Both the position numbers and the translations under genes were made by a program. 48,962 nt of DNA from Alphaproteobacteria bacterium (lineage in GTDB: Bacteria; Pseudomonadota; Alphaproteobacteria; GCA-2731375). The number at the start of each line of letters is the position of its first letter. The first letter of the stretch is position 1. Shown here in pieces: positions 10,183-19,899 of this stretch. The stretch is from assembly GCA_028824965.1 (NCBI GenBank), contig JAPKBD010000003.1:1-48962 (forward strand). The letters run 5' to 3'. The notes beneath the pieces are model-generated. The model was not told the origin of the DNA. It ran no database searches and worked only from the letters and a program-made list of their open reading frames with translations.

Positions 10183-12261
10183 ATGAATATTAAACCAGAC
10201 ATACATTTCAGCGCCTGCCCACATGACTGTCCTTCGACCTGTGCCCTCGAGATAGAGAAGCTGGATGACAGAACCATCGGCAAGGTGCGCGGTGCGAAGG
10301 ACAACGATTACACTGCCGGCGTCATCTGCGGCAAAGTCGCCCGCTATGCAGAACGTATCCATCATCCGGACCGACTAACCCAGCCGTTGCGTCGTAAGGG
10401 CGCTAAAGGTTCCGGCGAATTCCTGCCCGTTAGTTGGGACGACGCCCTTGATGACGTGGCGGAGGCGTTGTTGCAGGCCGAGCAGAAACATGGTTCCGAA
10501 ACTGTCTGGCCGTATTTTTATGCGGGCACCATGGGGCTGGTCATGCGCGACAGCATTCATCGCCTGCGCCATGCCAAAAATTATTCCGGCATGTATGCAA
10601 CCATTTGCGTCACCTCCGCCTGGAACGGCTTCATCGCCGGCACGGGACGCCTGGCAGGCGCCGACCCGCGGGAAATGGCAAAGGCTGATTGTCTGGTGAT
10701 TTGGGGCACTAACCCGGTTAACACCCAGGTCAATGTCATGACCCACGCCGCAAAGGCGCGCAAAGGCGGTGCCAAGATCGTGCACATCGATACCTACCGC
10801 AATGACACGGCAAAACAGGCAGATCTGTTCCTGTGCGTGCGCCCTGGTACAGACGGTGCCCTGGCCTGTGCCGTCATGCACATTCTGTTTCGCGATGGCC
10901 TGGCAAATCGCGCCTATCTGGAGAAATACACGGACTGCCCTGCCGAGCTTGAGGCCCATTTGAAAGATAAGACGCCTGCCTGGGCGGAAGCAATTTCCGG
11001 CGTGCCGATCGCGGATATTGAGACATTCGCAAAGATGGTAGGTGAGACGCCAAAGACATTTTTTCGCCTGGGCTATGGCTTTTCCCGGCAACGCAACGGC
11101 GTCGTCAATATGCACGCCGCATCCTGCATTGCTGCTGTGACCGGGTCATGGCTGGAGGAAGGCGGCGGTGCCTTCCATAATAACGGCGCGATCTATCACT
11201 GGAACAAAAGCATGATCGAGGGCACGGATCTGCTGGACCCAAAAATTCGTGTGCTGGATCAATCCCGTATCGGCCCGGTGCTGACGGGCGACAGTGAAGC
11301 ATTGGCCGGCGGACCACCTGTAACCGCACTGTTTATTCAAAACACCAATCCCATGCGTGTGGCCCCGGATCACAATCTCGTTCGTGAAGGCTTTGCCCGG
11401 GACGATTTGTTCACCTGTGTCCATGAACAGTTCATGACGGAGACAGCCAAGGTGGCCGATATCGTGTTGCCGGCAACCATGTTCATGGAGCATGACGATG
11501 TCTATCAGGGCGGCGGTCATCAGTTTATTACCCTGGGGCCCAAAATAATTGAAGCGCCAGACGAATGCCGGTCTAACTTGGATGTCATCAATGCCTTGGC
11601 CAAACGGTTGGGGGCCGAGCATCCGGGTTTCGATATGAGCGCGTTGGAGTTGATCGACTGGACCTTGCAAAAATCCGGCTGGGGCGATGTAGAAAACCTT
11701 CGCAAAGAGCGCTGGATAGACTGTCAGCCCGAATTTAACGAAGCCCACTATATTGATGGGTTTGCCCACGCGGATAAAAAATTCCACTTTGCGCCGAAAT
11801 GGACGGAGGTTTTGCCTCATGGGTTCACCTCCAATAGCCTGACCAGCCAAATGCCGGCCCTGCCCGATCATTGGGCGGTAATCGAAGACGCAACTGAGGA
11901 GATGCCCTATCGCCTGGTCACCGCACCGGCGCGCAGCTATCTGAATTCCACATTCTCTGAGACACCCTCATCCATTGCCCGCGAAGGCAAACCTACTGTC
12001 ATGATTCACCCCGATGATGCTGCTGATCTGGGCGTTGGCAACGACGACGTGGTTAAATTAGGCAATAATCGGGGCGTCGTGCCAATTGCAGTGGAAATCT
12101 TTGACGGGCTGCAACGGGGTGTGGTCGTAGTCGAAAGCATTTGGCCCAATGCGGCCTTTGAAGGTGGGAAGGGTATCAATGCTTTGACCGGCGCAGATGC
12201 GGTGGCACCTGTCGGCGGGGCTGCCTTTCACGATAATCGCATTTGGATCAAACCAGCCTGA
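10183..12261 (+). CDS. Molybdopterin (bis-MGD) oxidoreductase, uncharacterised subfamily
   Basis: N-terminal CPHDCPSTC...C Fe-S motif, RLTQPLRR, WGTNP, ADIVLPAT and a C-terminal IHPDDA domain. No Tat signal seen. Confidence 0.9.
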   Translation: MNIKPDIHFSACPHDCPSTCALEIEKLDDRTIGKVRGAKDNDYTAGVICGKVARYAERIHHPDRLTQPLRRKGAKGSGEFLPVSWDDALDDVAEALLQAEQKHGSETVWPYFYAGTMGLVMRDSIHRLRHAKNYSGMYATICVTSAWNGFIAGTGRLAGADPREMAKADCLVIWGTNPVNTQVNVMTHAAKARKGGAKIVHIDTYRNDTAKQADLFLCVRPGTDGALACAVMHILFRDGLANRAYLEKYTDCPAELEAHLKDKTPAWAEAISGVPIADIETFAKMVGETPKTFFRLGYGFSRQRNGVVNMHAASCIAAVTGSWLEEGGGAFHNNGAIYHWNKSMIEGTDLLDPKIRVLDQSRIGPVLTGDSEALAGGPPVTALFIQNTNPMRVAPDHNLVREGFARDDLFTCVHEQFMTETAKVADIVLPATMFMEHDDVYQGGGHQFITLGPKIIEAPDECRSNLDVINALAKRLGAEHPGFDMSALELIDWTLQKSGWGDVENLRKERWIDCQPEFNEAHYIDGFAHADKKFHFAPKWTEVLPHGFTSNSLTSQMPALPDHWAVIEDATEEMPYRLVTAPARSYLNSTFSETPSSIAREGKPTVMIHPDDAADLGVGNDDVVKLGNNRGVVPIAVEIFDGLQRGVVVVESIWPNAAFEGGKGINALTGADAVAPVGGAAFHDNRIWIKPA

Positions 12262-12284
12262 ATGCACGAGTGGGCGCGAGGGAT

Positions 12285-13178
12285 ATGAGCCAATCTGACG
12301 GCATCGCATTTATCGAGGGCGCTTTAGTGCCTATCGCCGAGGCGCGAATACCAATAACGGATTGGGGCTTTCTGCGATCAGATGTGACCTACGATGTGGT
12401 GGCTGTCTGGCAAGGCGGGTTCTTTCGTTTGGACGACCACCTGGATCGTTTTTTTCGCAGCATCGAGAAACTTCACATGCATTCACCCCATGATCGGGAC
12501 GAAGTTACCGCCATATTGACCGAATGCGTCAAGCAATCCGGTTTGCAGGAATCCTATGTGGAAATGATCCTGACCAGGGGGACGCCGCCTATGGGTAGCC
12601 GTGACCCAAGGGAGTGTGAGAACCGCTTTTATGCATTGGCCATCCCCTATGTTTGGATCGCACCATGGGAGAAACAGGAACAAGGCACCCATCTAACCAT
12701 CAGCAGCGTGCCTCGCATTGCACCGGCCTCTGTTGATCCCACCGTGAAGAATTTCCACTGGGGCGACATGGTGCAGGGTTTGTTTGAAGCCTTTGATCGC
12801 GGCGCGGAGACAGCTGTTCTGACCGATGGCAACGGTAACATTACGGAAGGCCCCGGCTTTAACCTGTTTGCCAGTATCGGCGGGCGCTTGGTCACGCCGG
12901 CAAGTGGTGTGCTACAGGGCATCACGCGAAAGACGGTGATCGAGCTGGCGAAAACACTGAACGCGAAAGTCGACGTCGGTGTCTTGACTGAGCACGAATT
13001 GCGTCAGGCGGACGAAATATTTATCTCCAGCACCGCAGGGGGCGTAATGCCCGTATCCCGCCTGGACGGCACACCGGTGGGTGATGGCAGTCCCGGCCCG
13101 CTGACGCTGCGACTGCGTCAAATGTATTGGGATGCGCACAAAAGCGGAAAATACGTCACGCCGATTGACTATCCATAG
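12285..13178 (+). CDS. Fold-type IV PLP aminotransferase, (R)-selective amine transaminase-like
   Basis: Motifs GFLRSDVTYDVVAVW, FRLDDHLDR, YVEMILTRG, DPTVKNFHWGD, EGPGFN, LQGITR and STAGG. Confidence 0.85.
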   Translation: MSQSDGIAFIEGALVPIAEARIPITDWGFLRSDVTYDVVAVWQGGFFRLDDHLDRFFRSIEKLHMHSPHDRDEVTAILTECVKQSGLQESYVEMILTRGTPPMGSRDPRECENRFYALAIPYVWIAPWEKQEQGTHLTISSVPRIAPASVDPTVKNFHWGDMVQGLFEAFDRGAETAVLTDGNGNITEGPGFNLFASIGGRLVTPASGVLQGITRKTVIELAKTLNAKVDVGVLTEHELRQADEIFISSTAGGVMPVSRLDGTPVGDGSPGPLTLRLRQMYWDAHKSGKYVTPIDYP

Positions 13179-14409
13179 ACCCAGCAGTTGCAGCAAGCGG
13201 ACCGCGCAAGGCCAGAGCCAGAGGCACCGTTGTCAGGGCTAATAGGCCGACGATGGCCAGTGTCGGGGACACACCATTGATATCACTAAGAAAGCCAAAG
13301 AATAATGGTGAAGCGGCCCAGGCAGCGGTGGAAATGGTCATAAACAAACCAAAGCCGCGGCCTTACCGTTCGGGTGCGACAAACTCCGCCACCGTGGCGT
13401 AAAGTACCGATGACGTTCCGTTCAGGGCGAGACCAACAACGGGCAACAGGACCATAGCGGCCTCCAAAGGCAGTGCCAACAACAACAATATACTGCCTCC
13501 TGTCGCCAGCTCGGTCAGAACAGCAGTACGGACGATGCCCAGACGCTCCGCCATTAAGCCGCACACCAGCTTACCGGCGGCACCACCGGCAAAGACCAGA
13601 ACCAAAGCAAAGCCGATGGTTCCGATAGCCGCCCCTTTTCCCATCAACAAGAACGGCAAAAATGTCATAAAAGTGGCGCGTACGGCCCCATCGATCATCG
13701 ACGTCGCAGATAACAACGCAAAACCACGTCGTTGCCGAATACCCCAATCACCAAATTTTCCAGACTTAACAATCTTGGCCTGGGGCGGTGCCGCGCTTGC
13801 GGGTAGGACAGTGGGACGACCACCGAAATTCAACCCTCTGAGCAGGAACAAAATTCCAAAGGCCGCGAAGGTCCCGATCACACCATACGAGGTTGTGATC
13901 GTGCGCCAATCCATCGTGACCAGGGCCAGCGCTGCCAGCCCCGGCACCGCCATTTTCCCCAAGTCGCCAGAAAAATTGTAGACCCCCAAAGCAGCCCGAC
14001 GGGGACCACCTTCATAGGCGCGCGCGACCAGGGTCGAATTCAAGGGATGTTGAGTGCTGTTGCCAATGCCGCCAATTGCTAAGGCAAAGGCCAAGCCCAA
14101 AACACCGCCAGCAAACTGCAACAGACAAAAGCCCAGGCCCACCAATATGGTGCCAAGGACCAGGATACGCCGCTCTCCCCACCGTTCCGAGGCGAGGCCG
14201 GCGGGTAGTTGCCCAATGGTCATGGCACCGTGATGGGTTGAGGAAATGGCACCGACCTGGGCCAGGCTCAAGGCGAACTCCGCCTGCCAAAGGGGCAACA
14301 ACAGTACTATAAGATCCGTGAATCCGTCGTGCACAAAATGCGTTGAGCAGGATACGCCCAAAATTCGACGTCGGCGTCGAACCCCGGTCCCTGCAGCCGT
14401 CGCTACCAT
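13156..14409 (-). pseudogene. MFS transporter interrupted by an in-frame TAA at 13363-13365
   Basis: ORFs 13363..14409 and 13156..13347 share a frame; the junction reads VAPER*GRGFGLFMTIS. Joined, they give about 417 aa with MFS motif A (GLASERWGERR) and the final two TMs. Confidence 0.8.
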
Positions 14410-15209
14410 GTAGCGCCGGGTGGCCGTTCTATGGTTTCCAGGAATTCCAGAATATGGGCATGCAGGGCCGGCCCCGCGCTGATCACGGATTTATGCCGGG
14501 TATCGGGCCGATTATATTTGAAGCCTTCACCGCTGGAGTTGGTGTTGACACCACCGGCTTCCGCCAAAATCAATTCCGCCGCCGCGATATCCCAATCACA
14601 CTTCCCGGACAGAGATATGCAAGCATCGTAGCGGCCCTCGGCCGCCAGGCACATTCTGTAGGCAATGGAGTTGACCATATGAATGGTCACGTCCTTTGGT
14701 TTTTCGCCGGCGGGGGCATTTTTGAAAATATGCCGTCCCGTTAACAGGCGCGATCCTTCAAAATCCGAAGCCGTGCTGACATGAATGCTTTTGCCGTTCA
14801 GGCGTGCACCACCGCCCAATACCGCCTCGTAAAACTCTTCCGTCGCAGGGTTGTAAACCGCGCCCGCCAAAGGCCTGCCGTCGCGCACCAAAGCGGCACA
14901 AACTGTAAATTCTTCACGTTGTTGGATAAAGGCGCGGGTGCCATCAATGGGATCGACGACCCAAACATCGCGGCAATCAAGGCGCTTTGCATCGTCCTCT
15001 GTCTCTTCAGACAGCCAGCCATAGTTTGGCCGCGCGGCTAACAGCTTGTTCCGCAGCAGGTCATCGACCGCATGGTCGGCTTCCGAAACAGGATCGTCCG
15101 GACCCTTTTGCCAATGTTTCACGCCGTCATGAAAATAACTCAACGCCAGGGCACCACCTTCGCGGACAGTTTCCAGCAACAAAGCGTAATCTTGATCCAG
15201 CTGGCTCAC
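14403..15209 (-). CDS. Inositol monophosphatase family protein (CysQ-like 3',5'-bisphosphate nucleotidase)
   Basis: LSEE, WVVDPIDGT and WDIAAA motifs; follows pmbA. Confidence 0.88.
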   Translation of the reverse strand: MSQLDQDYALLLETVREGGALALSYFHDGVKHWQKGPDDPVSEADHAVDDLLRNKLLAARPNYGWLSEETEDDAKRLDCRDVWVVDPIDGTRAFIQQREEFTVCAALVRDGRPLAGAVYNPATEEFYEAVLGGGARLNGKSIHVSTASDFEGSRLLTGRHIFKNAPAGEKPKDVTIHMVNSIAYRMCLAAEGRYDACISLSGKCDWDIAAAELILAEAGGVNTNSSGEGFKYNRPDTRHKSVISAGPALHAHILEFLETIERPPGATW

Positions 15210-16561
15210 GTCCCGGCCACCATCAACCCGTCAATGCGCAGGGTTGGTGCGTTGGAGCCATATCGGAAGTTCAAATCATCTGCCGGCGTCATATTCAGAA
15301 ACATATCTTTCAAATTACCGGCGATGGTAAGTTCGGATACGGGGTGTGTCAGAACGCCATTTTCAATCCAGAAGCCGGAGGCACCGCGACTGTAGTCGCC
15401 GGTCACGCCGTTGACGCCAAAGCCAATCAGCTCGGTTATATAAAGGCCCGCGGTAACACCTGCCAGCAGGTCATCGCGGCTACAGGTACCGGGCTGCATA
15501 TACAAATTCGTGGTGCTGGGTGATGGTGGCCCTGATGTGCCGCGGCTGGCATGACCGGTCGTTTCCAGGCCAAGCTGACGGGCGGATGCGCTATCCATGA
15601 TCCAAGTTGCCAGCTCTCCCTTATCAGCCAGCAGCCATTTTTTGTTGACCACACCTTCGCCATCAAAGGGTTTGGATCCGAGACCCCGTTTTCGGTGAGG
15701 CTCATCAACAATTGTGATGCCGGGCGCAAACACCACTTTGCCCAGGCTGTCCTTTAAAAACGATGTGCCCCGGGAAACCCCTGCGCCGTTGATGGCACCA
15801 ACAAAATGCCCCAGTATGGAATTGGAAACACGTGGATCAAAAATCACTGGCACTTGCTGGCTTTCAACCTTGCTGGGATTAAGGCGGCGAACCGCCTTTT
15901 CACCGGCAGCCTTGCCGATACCAACCGCATCGGACAAATCCGCCCCGTGATGAGCGGATGTGAAATCGTAGTCCCGCTCCATACCCGTGCCCTCGCCCGC
16001 AATAACGGATGCGAACAATGAATGGGATGAGGTGGCATAGCCGCCTGCGAAGCCGGATGACGTCACCAAAGCAATTCGATTTTGGCCCCACCCGGCACCC
16101 GCACTTTCGGAATTGCTGACGCCTTCAACGGCAAGGGCAGCTGTTTCAGCCGCCGCCGCCATGTCGTATAGCGCTTCCGGCGTCGGTTCCACCGCATCAT
16201 AAAGGTCTAAATCTGGGATGTCTTTGCACAGACGATCAGGGTCGGCCAAACCGCAATAGGGATCCTCGGGCATAGCCGTTGCCATGGCCAAACCACGTTC
16301 CAGCAACTCTTCCAGACTGTTGGCTGACATATCCGTGGATGAAACGATGGCCTGCTTCTTTCCCTTAAAGACGCGCAGGCCAAGGTCTCTACTCTCGGAT
16401 CGCTCCAAATCTTCGCGTTTGCCCAGGCGATAGCTCACCTCCAGAGAGGCGCTTTCAAACATCACCGCATCGGCAGCATCGGCGCCGGCCTTCTTCGCCT
16501 TGGCGACAAGGTCCGACAATATGTCCAGGTCGTTGGCCGTCTCGGCCGATAGTTGGCTCAT
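15206..16561 (-). CDS. pmbA: TldD/PmbA family protein (PmbA/TldE type)
   Basis: FDGEG, TTGHASR, GVNGVTGDYSRGASGFWIENG and TIAGNL motifs. Start taken at ATG 16561. Confidence 0.9.
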   Translation of the reverse strand: MSQLSAETANDLDILSDLVAKAKKAGADAADAVMFESASLEVSYRLGKREDLERSESRDLGLRVFKGKKQAIVSSTDMSANSLEELLERGLAMATAMPEDPYCGLADPDRLCKDIPDLDLYDAVEPTPEALYDMAAAAETAALAVEGVSNSESAGAGWGQNRIALVTSSGFAGGYATSSHSLFASVIAGEGTGMERDYDFTSAHHGADLSDAVGIGKAAGEKAVRRLNPSKVESQQVPVIFDPRVSNSILGHFVGAINGAGVSRGTSFLKDSLGKVVFAPGITIVDEPHRKRGLGSKPFDGEGVVNKKWLLADKGELATWIMDSASARQLGLETTGHASRGTSGPPSPSTTNLYMQPGTCSRDDLLAGVTAGLYITELIGFGVNGVTGDYSRGASGFWIENGVLTHPVSELTIAGNLKDMFLNMTPADDLNFRYGSNAPTLRIDGLMVAGT

Positions 16562-16764
16562 ACGGTATCTCCGCCTTTGCAAGAAAATTTGATGTCCCAA
16601 TAGATGACCCTATATAGGGCTTCCGGGCCGTCAATGCGACTGCCGCACCCCAAAATGCGGAAAAATTGCTAAAGAAGAATGTAGGAGATGCAATTCATGA
16701 CGTCGTAGTAGATGCCATAGGGCTAAGATATGGGTCGAGAGTTATTGAGTTATGGGAGGACGGC

Positions 16765-17553
16765 ATGGAAATCAACATGAAGGGGCGGATTGCGCTCATC
16801 ACCGGTGGTAGTGAGGGCTTGGGCAAGGCCATGGTACTGGGGTTTGCCCAGGCCGGTGCGGATATTGCCATCGCGGCCCGGCGTACGGACCTACTGGAAG
16901 AAACCAGGGATGAAATAGCCCATGCAACAGGGCAGCGTATTATAGCCTATTCAGCAGATGTCAGCGACGCCCAGCAGATTTCTGACTTGTTTGGTAAAGT
17001 TGTGGCTGATTTCGGCCAAGTCGATGTTTTGGTTAACAACGCGGGCACATCACAAAGAGGTACGTTTGAAGAGATTACTGACGAGATTTGGCAGTTCGAT
17101 ATCGATCTCAAATTGATGGCGGCGGTACGCCTGTGCCGTCTCGCACTGCCCGGTATGAAGGCGCGGAAATGGGGCCGGATTATCAACGTCCTCAACACCG
17201 CTGCGAAGGCACCCCGTGGCGGCAGTGCACCAACTGCCGTAACCAGAGCCGCCGGCATGGCCTTGACCAAGGTTCTGGCGGGCGAAGGTGCGCCCCATAA
17301 TGTATTGGTCAACGCCTTGTGCACAGGGATCATCGAAAGCGGGCAATGGGAGCGCCGTCACAAGGCGCTGTCACCGGATATGCCTATGGATGATTTCCTC
17401 TCGGGCATGGCAAAAGACCGTGGTGTGCCAATGGGCCGTTTGGGCACAGCGGAAGAATTCGCCAACATGGCCTGCTTCCTGGCCTCCGATGCGGGGTCAT
17501 ACATCACTGGAACGGCAATCAATGTGGATGGGGGACTATCCCCGGTCGTTTGA
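16765..17553 (+). CDS. Short-chain dehydrogenase/reductase (SDR)
   Basis: TGGSEGLG, LVNNAG and ITGTAINVDGG motifs; GGAGG SD before ATG 16765. Confidence 0.9.
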   Translation: MEINMKGRIALITGGSEGLGKAMVLGFAQAGADIAIAARRTDLLEETRDEIAHATGQRIIAYSADVSDAQQISDLFGKVVADFGQVDVLVNNAGTSQRGTFEEITDEIWQFDIDLKLMAAVRLCRLALPGMKARKWGRIINVLNTAAKAPRGGSAPTAVTRAAGMALTKVLAGEGAPHNVLVNALCTGIIESGQWERRHKALSPDMPMDDFLSGMAKDRGVPMGRLGTAEEFANMACFLASDAGSYITGTAINVDGGLSPVV

Positions 17554-17564
17554 TCGCGGAGCCC

Positions 17565-17741
17565 TTAGAAATCGGAAACGATACCCTTGCGCTCCCAATC
17601 GCCATAGCGGGTGGGCTCAAGCCCTTTTGGGCCGCCGATTTCCTTGACACGTTTAGGGATTTTTTCTAACGCGTCTTTGTCCAAGGCCTGCTCGACGGTG
17701 TCTTTTTTTGATCGCGCTGAATCTGGTGTTTCTGTCGGCAT
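17565..17741 (-). CDS. DUF1674 / SDHAF4-like small protein (58 aa)
   Basis: Below the ORF-track cut-off. Manual translation [58 protein letters not shown] carries the family signature [14 protein letters not shown]; AGGAG SD. Confidence 0.92.
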   Translation of the reverse strand: MPTETPDSARSKKDTVEQALDKDALEKIPKRVKEIGGPKGLEPTRYGDWERKGIVSDF

Positions 17742-17860
17742 CAAATCTGTCTCCTACACAGGTTCCATTACTGTGCTACATGTCCGCTGAGCCTGAACGT
17801 ACCAGTGTCGGGCGATAGACGCCAGCTGACAGAAAGACCTTTGGATGAGCGATAATAGCT

Positions 17861-19159
17861 ATGAATGATACTGGGCATCGATCGCGGGCTGCCGCAGCGC
17901 GCTTGTTGGGGCAGATACTGGACCGCGGTCAAATGCTGGATCAGGCCCTGGCTGATGAATTGGAGACGGGCGGTCGCCTGGCATCCCTGGAACCACGGGA
18001 TCGGGCCTTTGCGCGATTGCTGACCATGACCGTGCTGCGACGCCTTGGCCAAATTGACGATGCGATAAACCGTTGCTTGGATAAGCCGTTGAACCGGGCG
18101 GCAAAACCTGCCCTGAATTCCCTGCGTCTTGCGGCCGCACAGGCGATGTTTCTAGGCACCCCTGCGCACGCCATAGCGGACGGCGCCGTCCGCCTGATGG
18201 GACCGCACCGACGCCATTTGACCGGCCTGGTTAATGCGGTGGCCCGGCGTTTGATACGCGAAGCGCCAGCCATATTGGCAGATCAGGATGCCGCGCGGCT
18301 GAATTGCCCAAAATGGCTGTGGCAGACATGGAAAAAAACCTATGGCGTGGAAACAACAACAAAAATGATGGACATTATGTTGTCAGAACCTCCCCTAGAT
18401 CTGACGTTTAAAAATGAGCCGGAAAAATGGCGGGAAGCTTTACAGGGGGAAATGCTGCCAACGGGCAGTATGCGCCGTACGGCGGGTGGGGCGATCCAGA
18501 CATTGCCTGGATTTTCAGAGGGGGAATGGTGGGTCCAGGATGCGGCTGCGGCGCTGCCTATGGCTTTGCTGGGCAAAGACATAAAGGGCCGGGCGGTGTT
18601 GGACCTATGTGCGGCACCGGGGGGCAAGACCGCGCAAATGGCGGCGGCGGGTGCGCAGGTAACGGCTGTTGATAATGAGCAGAATAGAATGGCGCTGGTG
18701 GAAGCCAATTTGGAGCGTCTGAATTTACAAGCGGAGACAATTGTCGCCGACATTATAACCTGGCGACCGGAAAAACCGTTTGATTTCATACTGCTGGATG
18801 CACCGTGTAGTGCCACGGGCACCATACGCAGGCATCCAGATATCTGGCATTTGCGGACCGCTAAGGTGCCAAAGGAAATGGCCTTGGTGCAGGATGGTAT
18901 GTTGGCGGCTGCGGTGGATATGCTGGCGCCAGGTGGCATATTAATTTTTTGCACCTGTTCCCTGCAGCCAGAGGAAGGCGAAGCGCGCATCGAAGCGTTA
19001 TTTGCGACTGATGCCCCGGTCTCCAGACAGCCAATTACAGCTGATGAACTATTTGGCCTGGAACAGCTGATAACACCCCTTGGGGATATGCGGACCCTAC
19101 CTCATTACCTAGGCGGAATGGATGGATTTTATGCCTGTCGCCTTGTACGGGACGCTTAG
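17861..19159 (+). CDS. rsmB: RsmB/NOP family RNA m5C methyltransferase with an N-terminal NusB-like domain
   Basis: VQDAAA, DLCAAPGGKT, LLDAPCSATG, FCTCS and DGFY motifs. Confidence 0.9.
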   Translation: MNDTGHRSRAAAARLLGQILDRGQMLDQALADELETGGRLASLEPRDRAFARLLTMTVLRRLGQIDDAINRCLDKPLNRAAKPALNSLRLAAAQAMFLGTPAHAIADGAVRLMGPHRRHLTGLVNAVARRLIREAPAILADQDAARLNCPKWLWQTWKKTYGVETTTKMMDIMLSEPPLDLTFKNEPEKWREALQGEMLPTGSMRRTAGGAIQTLPGFSEGEWWVQDAAAALPMALLGKDIKGRAVLDLCAAPGGKTAQMAAAGAQVTAVDNEQNRMALVEANLERLNLQAETIVADIITWRPEKPFDFILLDAPCSATGTIRRHPDIWHLRTAKVPKEMALVQDGMLAAAVDMLAPGGILIFCTCSLQPEEGEARIEALFATDAPVSRQPITADELFGLEQLITPLGDMRTLPHYLGGMDGFYACRLVRDA

Positions 19160-19206
19160 GTCTTCCCCGCTTGCGGCCAACAATGCAAACTGCTACCTAA
19201 CCGACC

Positions 19207-19875
19207 ATGCAACAGAAAACCCGTATCGCGCCTTCTATTCTATCAGCTGATTTTGCCGCCCTGGGCGAAGAGGTCCGCGCGGTAAGTGCTGCTGGTGCCG
19301 ACTATATTCATATCGATGTGATGGACGGCCATTTCGTGCCCAATCTGACCATTGGGCCGGCTGTCGTCGCGGCCCTGCGCCCGCACAGCGATTTACCGTT
19401 TGATGTGCATCTGATGATCAGTCCCGTTGACCCCTATATTCCGGATTTTATCTCTGCCGGGGCAGACATCATTACGGTTCATGCAGAAGCCGGGGCCCAT
19501 TTGCACCGCACAATCCAATTAATCAAAGACCAAGGGGCAAAAACAGGCCTGGCGATAAATCCAGGCACTTCCACCTCCGCCATAACGCCTTTGCTGGATG
19601 ATTTGGACCTTGTCCTGGTGATGAGCGTCAATCCAGGCTTTGGTGGGCAATCATTCATTGAGGGGCAGTTACAAAAAATTGCTGAATTGAGAGCCCTCAT
19701 TGATGCGACGGGACGGACGATCGACTTGCAGGTTGATGGCGGCGTGAACGCTGAAAACGCAGCAACGGTTGTCGCAGCAGGTGCCGATGTCTTGGTTGCC
19801 GGTTCCGCCACATTCAAGGGTGGCGCGGAGCATTATGCCACCAATATAAAGGCTTTACGGGCGACGGCAGCCTAA
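19207..19875 (+). CDS. rpe: Ribulose-phosphate 3-epimerase
   Basis: [31 protein letters not shown] and VDGG motifs. Confidence 0.97.
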   Translation: MQQKTRIAPSILSADFAALGEEVRAVSAAGADYIHIDVMDGHFVPNLTIGPAVVAALRPHSDLPFDVHLMISPVDPYIPDFISAGADIITVHAEAGAHLHRTIQLIKDQGAKTGLAINPGTSTSAITPLLDDLDLVLVMSVNPGFGGQSFIEGQLQKIAELRALIDATGRTIDLQVDGGVNAENAATVVAAGADVLVAGSATFKGGAEHYATNIKALRATAA

Positions 19876-19899
19876 CAACAAAAAGTGGGTCACGGTGAT

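Noticed and set aside
10375-11871. Long antisense or alternative-frame ORFs (for example 10375..11115, 11146..11871, 27984..28610, 24414..25085)
   Set aside because: They overlap well-supported genes, have no recognisable motifs, and are expected in GC-rich coding DNA.
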